A stretch of 64,000 bases of DNA from an uncultured virus (IMG/VR IMGVR_UViG_3300026522_000846). Its lineage: Duplodnaviria > Heunggongvirae > Uroviricota > Caudoviricetes. Positions within the stretch are counted from its first letter, which is position 1. Every line of letters begins with the position of its first letter. Shown piece after piece: positions 57,191 through 64,000 of the stretch. Location of the stretch: the IMG/VR virus record IMGVR_UViG_3300026522_000846. One strand, given 5' to 3'. The notes below the pieces were generated by a model. That model was not told the origin of the DNA. It saw only the letters and a list, made by a program, of their open reading frames with translations, and did no database searches. Position numbers and translations under genes: made by a program.

Positions 57191-59650
57191 TTAGTTAGTG
57201 CCATCGCTATATCTTGAACCTTGTCTTATATTCCCATGTTTTACTTTTTCTTTCAGCTCACTGGGTTCACAGGCGAATACCTTAAATATCTCATCAGGAT
57301 TGGTGATTTTAGATATCCTAATAGCATGATTCGGTGTTTCCTGAACATATTTCTGCTGAACGTATCGGCTGATGGGGTATCTGTCATAATCAAACTTCAT
57401 CTTTCCCGATTTTGTATCCTCGGCATAATCAGATGTGTATTTATAGTACGGATGGTCAGGATAGTTGTATTTGTCATCAAGCACAGGATTATGACCTGTT
57501 GAAAGAACAAGCTCCATTCGGTTCGAAAGCCGTCCGATCTGATCGGGTGACATGAGGTCGGATTGTTCCGTCTGCACATTCTGACTTATCTTCTTATTGT
57601 CAACGGACACGCTTGAACCTACCTTGGTGGTCTTTCCGAGTTTAGCAGCAAGCCACTCGACTGTCTCTTTGGCTTTACCGCCAAGGAACACGGTCTGATA
57701 ACATCCTGTATCAATGGTCTCCCAAGTATCCTTATACATTTCCTTCAACTGTGTTACACCCTGTACAATAACATCGCAGGAAATATCATACTTACGAACG
57801 GTAGTAAGTCGTGCAGGGAATGAGGGGATCTTACCGATATTCGCAAACTCATCGAGAAGCATTCGGATATGTGTCGGATTCTTTACCGACTCTCCATCCT
57901 GCTTTACGATCTTTGCCTGTTTCAAGTCTGCAAGATACTGCTCTGCAAGTTCCGCGTCAGGACGACGGCTCACCACTCTGCCCTGATCGTCTATGATCTC
58001 ATAGAAGCAGTCGTCTACCTCCTTATTGACTATGACCTTTTCGATATGGCTGTTCTTAATGCTCTCGACATCCTTTTCGATTGCATCCATATCTGTCCAA
58101 CTCTGGTCGTACCACTTCACCTCTTCACCGTTTTTGAGTCTCAAATGGTGAGTGTTCTGCACCTTATGCTCCCCTCTGTCATAGAGAATGTCGAACATCT
58201 GGGAATAGAGCATGGAGCAAAGGAAGTTATAAGACGAGTTCGACACAGGGATATTGATAAACAGAATGTCACGCCCCGTACCGAAAGTATCAAGGTCGAT
58301 AGAGTCGGTACTGGTGATATTGGCAATATCCTGCACGTTGAAGGCGTCCAGTCGTACCTGTGTCGTTGCAAGGATAGTGTCAGCGGTCTTACCGGGTGTC
58401 GTCTTGAAGTCGCCCCATTTCTTCAGGCAGTACGGATCTATCTTGTTACCATATCCGTCATCGTCCCAGAACTCCTTATGTGTTGCAAGGTTATTGAAGA
58501 TGTGACCGAGGGCAGTCTTATCACTTTCGCTCTTTTCCTGATAAGTCCTGTCATCCCTCCATTTATCATCAAGACGGCGGTTAGTCATTCGTGCTATTTC
58601 GCAGAGGTTCGGGAAGTCTTTCCTGTAAACATATCCGTCCATTATGATAGGATTATCACCATACTTTGTCAGAAGTCCAATGATCGCACAAAGATATGAG
58701 TTCATGGCTGAATCCCAGAAGGGGTCTGCATTACTGTTGCCGTTACTGGTATCAGTATTCGCAATAAAGGTATCAACAAGCGTCTTGATGTCAGCTTCTT
58801 TTCGGCAGTAGTGCATTGGATTATAGGTACTGGTATGATTTTTTGTAGCAATATCGAATATCCTCACGTTATATCCGAACCGATACAGAGTCTCTCCCAT
58901 CTGCTTTACAATGTCGCCTGACGGGTCTGTAACGATATAAGAAGAGTTCATCTGCAAAAGATTCGGCTTAACATATCCACGGGATTTTCCTGTACCGGGT
59001 TCACCGATGACGAGGTTATTGACGTTTGTGATGTCATGGGAAAGGTAACTGATATACATATTCTTGGAAAAGATGTAATTGGATCCGAACTGGGTATGAC
59101 CGGGTTCTCCAAAAGGCTCTGCCATGTTGGTCTCCATCTTCTTTGTGTCGCCCCATTTTGCATTGCCCTTGATACCCTCTTTCCTGTTCTGGAGTCTCGG
59201 CTTTTGAAGCGTATAAAGAAAGAACACCACGAAAACGGCAATAAGGCTTATTCCGAAAGCAGCACCAAGTGCTGAAGCTCCACCGCCATATACCGTATAG
59301 GCACTGTTCCATACAGGCAACTGTTTCAGTCCGGATATGGTCTGAACAGCCTTACAACGGAACGGATAAAACGGTTTGCTTAAAAGGTTCTTTGTCGCAA
59401 GGCTCATTATCTCGTTCGTGGTGGGATCCAATTTACCGTTGAGACTGAACGTGACCTTTGCCGCAGCCCACTGAAGAGAAAGTAAAAGCGACATCACAAA
59501 CATCAAAATTGCACCAATACCATACTGGATTCTTAATTCCCGCTCCTGTTCCTTTAGCGGTTTCTCTCTGCTGAGTTCCGGTGCGTCGGTCGGGTTCTTG
59601 TCCTGAAACGGATTCATAAGCTTAATGGTTTTTTTGAGTTTATCAGACAT
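57191..59650 (-). CDS. virD4: VirD4/TraG-like type IV coupling protein
   Basis: GNAKWG, GEPGTGKSRGYVKPNLLQMNSSYIVTDPSG, DPFWD, LLDEFANIGKIP, VQGVTQLKEMY. Confidence 0.93.
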   Translation of the reverse strand: MSDKLKKTIKLMNPFQDKNPTDAPELSREKPLKEQERELRIQYGIGAILMFVMSLLLSLQWAAAKVTFSLNGKLDPTTNEIMSLATKNLLSKPFYPFRCKAVQTISGLKQLPVWNSAYTVYGGGASALGAAFGISLIAVFVVFFLYTLQKPRLQNRKEGIKGNAKWGDTKKMETNMAEPFGEPGHTQFGSNYIFSKNMYISYLSHDITNVNNLVIGEPGTGKSRGYVKPNLLQMNSSYIVTDPSGDIVKQMGETLYRFGYNVRIFDIATKNHTSTYNPMHYCRKEADIKTLVDTFIANTDTSNGNSNADPFWDSAMNSYLCAIIGLLTKYGDNPIIMDGYVYRKDFPNLCEIARMTNRRLDDKWRDDRTYQEKSESDKTALGHIFNNLATHKEFWDDDGYGNKIDPYCLKKWGDFKTTPGKTADTILATTQVRLDAFNVQDIANITSTDSIDLDTFGTGRDILFINIPVSNSSYNFLCSMLYSQMFDILYDRGEHKVQNTHHLRLKNGEEVKWYDQSWTDMDAIEKDVESIKNSHIEKVIVNKEVDDCFYEIIDDQGRVVSRRPDAELAEQYLADLKQAKIVKQDGESVKNPTHIRMLLDEFANIGKIPSFPARLTTVRKYDISCDVIVQGVTQLKEMYKDTWETIDTGCYQTVFLGGKAKETVEWLAAKLGKTTKVGSSVSVDNKKISQNVQTEQSDLMSPDQIGRLSNRMELVLSTGHNPVLDDKYNYPDHPYYKYTSDYAEDTKSGKMKFDYDRYPISRYVQQKYVQETPNHAIRISKITNPDEIFKVFACEPSELKEKVKHGNIRQGSRYSDGTN

Positions 59651-59651
59651 A

Positions 59652-61217
59652 TTACTCCTCGTTTCTTATCTTTTCGGGGTCAACCTTTGGAACGATCGTT
59701 TGCTCTGCTCGTTCTGCGGTTCGGCTCTCTTTTTCCATTCGTTCCGTTTCCATCAGGGCATCGCCGTCTCTTGCGTCTTTTACGCATTTTCTGATGGACT
59801 CTGCCTTAAACTGTTCGAACCGTTTGGATAATTCTGATGTAAAGTCATCAACAAACCCCTCTGATTCTTTTTGAGCGGAATCAAGCACGCTCTTTATTTC
59901 TTTCGACTTCAGACACTCTTTGACTGCCGAAATACATTCGCCCGCAGACATCTCTGAAATATTCGGATAATATGTTTTCATCCATGTATATATGAGACCT
60001 GTGTTGCCCTTTTTACCAAGTAGCTCGTTTCTCAACCTGCGGTTATACACCTCTTTTTTTATCATTTCAGGGAGACTACATTCGTTCCCATTCTCCCCAA
60101 GCATTTTCTCTCCATAGTCGGCAAGTCCGTCCCAGTTGACCGCAGGATATGCCTTACAGATAACAAGCAAATCCTTCGCCGAGATTTCCCTGCCGTCCTT
60201 ATGTCTTTTTGTTATCGCCCTCAAAACATCTTCCTCGGCTCGGACATACCGCTTGGGATCTTTCAGGTAGCTGTTTTTGTATTCTTCCGCAGAATACGCT
60301 TTCATGTTATGTATCTCGTCAAATCCTGTACTGGCTGCCATCTTTATCAACTGATCGGCATTGTGAAGGTCAAGCACCTCATTTATGCCATCAGCTCTCA
60401 CAAGCACCTTTGTTTCCGCTTTATTCTTAAGAACGATACCCTTATCGGGAGTATATATGAGCCTGTTCTCGGGATTTTTAACATCAATAAGATATACAGG
60501 CAGATTCGTATCTTTCCCTGACTTTATTACCTCTTTAACAAAATCATTCTCTTCCTTTTCGTTCCAAAGTGCCGCTGCTTCCTGCAATACCGACTTCTTT
60601 TTATTGGCATGATTGAGCGACTCTTCTACACAGGCTCGTATCAGATCCATTTTGCTATTGTTATAGTGTATTATGTCGGCACTCTTCATTATGCCGACAA
60701 AACCTTTTCCATTCACATCCCTTGTAATCGAAATGGTACTTCCCATTCCACCCTGAAACAGCTTATCTCTGAACCTGAACGCTTCGGATTCCGTATTAAA
60801 GTGCATTTTTACCGCTTCACGATCGCCGATCTCGGCAAGGTTCTGTGCAAACAGTTCGGTATCAGAATCCCTGTAATATCTCGGATCGTTCTGCTTAAGT
60901 TTCTCCATGAAGTTATAGAATTTACTTGCATCCGCTGCGGAAATGATAGCAAGGCTCTGCTGATTACGGCTTTCACCTCTGATTATCGGACAATACGGAA
61001 GTTTGTTCTGCATTGCGAAATTCTCTACCTTTTCTTCGAGTCCGATTGGAATGAATATCGTTACCCGGTCATCATTCGGTATCTTGATAAGGTCATTAAT
61101 AAGTTTTCTTTTCAGGGGATCTTTTTCCTGTTGCATAAAAATAGACAGCATATCGGTTATGATACGCCCTATCTTTTCCGATTCCGAGTCTATCGCTCTC
61201 TGTATCTCATCAACCAT
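59652..61217 (-). CDS. Hypothetical protein (conjugation operon)
   Basis: 521-aa ORF coupled directly upstream of virD4. Confidence 0.75.
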   Translation of the reverse strand: MVDEIQRAIDSESEKIGRIITDMLSIFMQQEKDPLKRKLINDLIKIPNDDRVTIFIPIGLEEKVENFAMQNKLPYCPIIRGESRNQQSLAIISAADASKFYNFMEKLKQNDPRYYRDSDTELFAQNLAEIGDREAVKMHFNTESEAFRFRDKLFQGGMGSTISITRDVNGKGFVGIMKSADIIHYNNSKMDLIRACVEESLNHANKKKSVLQEAAALWNEKEENDFVKEVIKSGKDTNLPVYLIDVKNPENRLIYTPDKGIVLKNKAETKVLVRADGINEVLDLHNADQLIKMAASTGFDEIHNMKAYSAEEYKNSYLKDPKRYVRAEEDVLRAITKRHKDGREISAKDLLVICKAYPAVNWDGLADYGEKMLGENGNECSLPEMIKKEVYNRRLRNELLGKKGNTGLIYTWMKTYYPNISEMSAGECISAVKECLKSKEIKSVLDSAQKESEGFVDDFTSELSKRFEQFKAESIRKCVKDARDGDALMETERMEKESRTAERAEQTIVPKVDPEKIRNEE

Positions 61218-61791
61218 GTTTCTCTTCTCTTTCTAATAAAATCTGACAGTCGTTTCCCATAAGCACACACGGTTCAGGCATACGAAACAGTAACGGCCGT
61301 CTGTCTCCTATTCCTTCCTGTCGTAGAAAGTTATGAGCCATGCCGTAATTCGGAAATGCCATAGGTATGAACCGTGACTGTTTTCCTTCAGAATCGCTCC
61401 ACTCTATATTCAGTGTGGAAAGAGTTCCGTCCTCGTGAAACCTGATAAGGAAATAAGCTTCCTGTCCAAACAGGGCGTTATATCCTTCCATCCGCTTTTC
61501 TACAACGAATTCTGACAAAAGCCGTTCGATATATCGGGGTCTTATATACATTGCATCGCACCCACGCAAAGTATAAATTCTGCCATTGATCCCATTCATT
61601 CTTCTTATGCCAAGGTTATAAAGCTCGGTAACAAAGGGGTCTATGTCGTGGTCGTCCAGATATTCAGCCTCTATGTCCGGCAGTCCCTTGAAATCTTTGG
61701 GTATTTCGGAAACATCGTTGTAGCAGAACACTTCGTCAGGTCTATCAAACTGACAGAAAAACCCGGTCTTTTTATTTCGCATTACGACCAT
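61210..61791 (-). CDS. Hypothetical protein
   Basis: Coupled ORF in the same operon. Confidence 0.7.
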   Translation of the reverse strand: MVVMRNKKTGFFCQFDRPDEVFCYNDVSEIPKDFKGLPDIEAEYLDDHDIDPFVTELYNLGIRRMNGINGRIYTLRGCDAMYIRPRYIERLLSEFVVEKRMEGYNALFGQEAYFLIRFHEDGTLSTLNIEWSDSEGKQSRFIPMAFPNYGMAHNFLRQEGIGDRRPLLFRMPEPCVLMGNDCQILLEREEKHG

Positions 61792-62127
61792 TTATCTTTT
61801 CCTCTTTTTTCTAATGGAATGGATCACAGATCCATTCCTAGGAACGGTAAATTCCAGTTCAGGTCTGTCATCGTCATATTGCAGAACGCCCTGTGCTTCC
61901 AGTTCTTCATGATTCCACATATACCAACAGTCGAAACAAAATCTGTTTTCGTACATCTTCTCGTCACGCGGGATATAGTGTACGAGATACCCTCGCTTTG
62001 CTGCCCTCCGAATGTCAGCAGTATCGTTGCCTGTGTGGTAAAGTATCACACCTGTCTTTTTACTTCCGCAGTTGGGACAGTTTTCCATTCTCTTTGGCAG
62101 AAATCCCAGAATGTCGGAAAGGCTCAT
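61792..62127 (-). CDS. Zinc-ribbon protein with in-frame palindrome at the C-terminus
   Basis: CPNCGS...CFDC; 61813-61850 encodes FTVPRNGSVIHSIR. Confidence 0.7.
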   Translation of the reverse strand: MSLSDILGFLPKRMENCPNCGSKKTGVILYHTGNDTADIRRAAKRGYLVHYIPRDEKMYENRFCFDCWYMWNHEELEAQGVLQYDDDRPELEFTVPRNGSVIHSIRKKRKR

Positions 62128-63626
62128 TCCTGACCACCCTCTTCCTTGTCATTGCTTTCATTATCACCCTGTGACGACTCTTCGTTATCGCTCTGCGATG
62201 ACTCAGATGTCCGACCTTTGGTCTTTGACTCCTCCAGACTTGTTCCATTCAGTGTTGCTGTTACGTCTCCTGAAAATCCCTTCACGATAATGCTGTTCTC
62301 TTTTCCGTCTCCAGTCACGGTTGCCGAGAATGTTACCGAACCGTCATCGTTTGGTGTCTGTTCAAAGGTCAGTCCGCTTATGGGGTTTTTCATCGTTACG
62401 GATCCGTCTCCGTTCGGTACAGTGACCTTGATTTTGTACTTCTTTCCTTTTTTGAGATCCACATCAAAGGCTTTGTCGGAATTCTCCGCAGTTATGGTCT
62501 GACTCTCTTCTTCCGTTTCCTCTGCATTCTCTTCTGTTCTTGCATATCCGAAAGCGTTCGGATCTTTGGTAGAATATGAGTTCAGTGCAGGAACGGTACT
62601 GTAGCAGGCTGTCTCTCCGATAGGCGACTCTGTAGCCTGATTTGTAGCCGAGTCGTATGTTGCATTTACAGATAGCTGCCTTTTATTAAAGTTTTCAGCC
62701 TTGTCTTCATATTTCGTTCCGTGTACGAGTCTGAATACACCGCCAAAGTTCGGAACATAATATCCGTCAGGAAGATAGTCAGGGAGCTTCAGTTCCTGAT
62801 AGACGCTGTTTGCCTTCAGACCTTTTGTATATTCAGCATACAGTTCCATTCCTGAAAAATAATGTGTGTCTGATTTAACATCGAATGTGTGACATTCTGT
62901 ACCTGAATATATATTTACAGGATATGCCCTGTCTTCGGGTGCAGTCTCGCCCGCCTTGGGATCACTCACAAGTACGTCTGACTTTACAAAACCGCCGATG
63001 GAAAGTATGTCGGGCTTTACCTTTACCGCACTCTTGCCTTTTCCGACACTATCAAAGGTGTAGGTCGTTTTTGAGTTATTAAGTGCTGTGGCGATCGCCT
63101 GTGCTGACGAGTTTGGTCTGACATTTGATTTATCACTGGAACTTGATTCACTCGAAAGATTTATCGTATATGTCTTGTTTGCCTGCTCTGTTACGCCGTA
63201 TATTCCGAACGAATAACCCTCATCCTTATATCTCTCGTAATATATCGTATTAATGGGCGTAGTATTGCTCCTGTAGATCAGCTTGTCTTTATCACCGAGA
63301 TATAGCGTGGGAACGGTTTTGTAAGTTTTTGCGTCCATCATGATAAGCCTTGTAGCATTGGTCGAGTTCTCGGCTCTCTTTGTGACATTCGCCTGCACAT
63401 TAAAGCATATCGGATATGCCTTCCCTTTGTGATAAACATAGTAGTTTCCTGCCGTGATCTTTGACAGGTCTACACCTGTATCAGGCTCATCACCCTTATG
63501 TACTTTCATTTCTATTTTCTGCGGTTTGCCCGATGTATTCTTCATCGTTTTCAAGAGTACACTTCCCGCAATAAAAACTACCAGTAAGACAATAATAGGA
63601 ACCTTTAATTTCTGTATAACTTCCAT
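62124..63626 (-). CDS. Membrane-anchored extracellular protein with repeat-derived acidic tail
   Basis: N-terminal TM; tail KGRTSESSQSDNEESSQGDNE encoded by modules at ~62170-62230. Confidence 0.75.
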   Translation of the reverse strand: MEVIQKLKVPIIVLLVVFIAGSVLLKTMKNTSGKPQKIEMKVHKGDEPDTGVDLSKITAGNYYVYHKGKAYPICFNVQANVTKRAENSTNATRLIMMDAKTYKTVPTLYLGDKDKLIYRSNTTPINTIYYERYKDEGYSFGIYGVTEQANKTYTINLSSESSSSDKSNVRPNSSAQAIATALNNSKTTYTFDSVGKGKSAVKVKPDILSIGGFVKSDVLVSDPKAGETAPEDRAYPVNIYSGTECHTFDVKSDTHYFSGMELYAEYTKGLKANSVYQELKLPDYLPDGYYVPNFGGVFRLVHGTKYEDKAENFNKRQLSVNATYDSATNQATESPIGETACYSTVPALNSYSTKDPNAFGYARTEENAEETEEESQTITAENSDKAFDVDLKKGKKYKIKVTVPNGDGSVTMKNPISGLTFEQTPNDDGSVTFSATVTGDGKENSIIVKGFSGDVTATLNGTSLEESKTKGRTSESSQSDNEESSQGDNESNDKEEGGQE

Positions 63627-63668
63627 ACAACACCTCTCTATTTGTTCAAAAAAAATAGACCTGAAAGT

Positions 63669-63812
63669 CGAAACGATATTTCTGTATCAAGCAACTTGTT
63701 GCTTGCTACGGTAGTATCATTTCACCCTTCAAGTCATTTATGAATAAAATGTAAGTGCTGATTTTTTCTAACTGTTAAAGACCGTAGGTCGAACGTCACA
63801 GATCCACTCCAC
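63669..63812. repeat. Palindromic modules flanking a promoter-like motif
   Basis: gaaacgata[gtatcaagcaacttgttgcttgctac]tatcatttc; gttaaagaccgtaggtcgaac...gatccactcc. Confidence 0.8.
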
Positions 63813-63999
63813 GGAATACGTCATCCATTGTATGCCCTTCTTCTACTGCTTTTATGCAGACGGCTGACAGCTGCTTTACGGCTGTGTCTGTTTGAATTTT
63901 GACGATCGTTGTCCTGTCTCCGAATATACTGCGGAATACCGACTCTATTTTCTTTTGGTCGGCATAAGCTTCTTTTGGAATGTCAAACTCTTCTTTCTT
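63796..63999 (-). CDS. 3' end of a gene entering from beyond the window
   Basis: Open frame KKEEFDIPKEAYADQKKIESVF...DDVFRGVDL*; last codons and stop lie in a palindromic module. Confidence 0.65.
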   Translation of the reverse strand, partial: KKEEFDIPKEAYADQKKIESVFRSIFGDRTTIVKIQTDTAVKQLSAVCIKAVEEGHTMDDVFRGVDL

Positions 64000-64000
64000 C

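Noticed and set aside
1..64000. Prophage, rRNA or tRNA genes
   Set aside because: No virion, terminase or integrase genes and no recognisable rRNA or tRNA sequence seen

Overview
The window looks like part of a large conjugative plasmid or extrachromosomal element from a Firmicutes host (inferred from gene content). Backbone: a primase-type Rep and a MobV/Pre relaxase diverging from a repeat-rich 1.3-kb intergenic region, a type IA topoisomerase, a VirD4/TraG coupling protein, a sigma-70 factor and large surface proteins. Cargo: an AcrVA2-like protein, an LPD1 polyvalent protein, six pentapeptide-repeat paralogues, a Panacea antitoxin, a HipA-like kinase, a class A PBP and a methylase-TIR-DUF262/HNH cluster. 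The most notable features read directly from the sequence are: (1) an (AG)9 tract in an EcoRI-family methyltransferase after which all three frames stay open and each ends in its own copy of a Y(F/A)RI-x-(V/I)R terminal motif, suggesting a three-way slippage switch; (2) a perfect 29-bp inverted repeat (40851-40879 / 42454-42482) whose inversion would swap in an in-frame alternative C-terminus on a 1054-aa adhesin; (3) about 20 clusters of modular, nested ~23-25-bp palindromes joined by CCTAGG, some intergenic, some in-frame in proteins, some supplying stop codons; (4) more than 20 gene-oriented TTTTAYNCATA promoter-like motifs, plausibly read by the element's own sigma factor; (5) recurrent acidic '-ER' C-terminal tails. 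All family assignments come from motif recognition by eye; no database searches were run.
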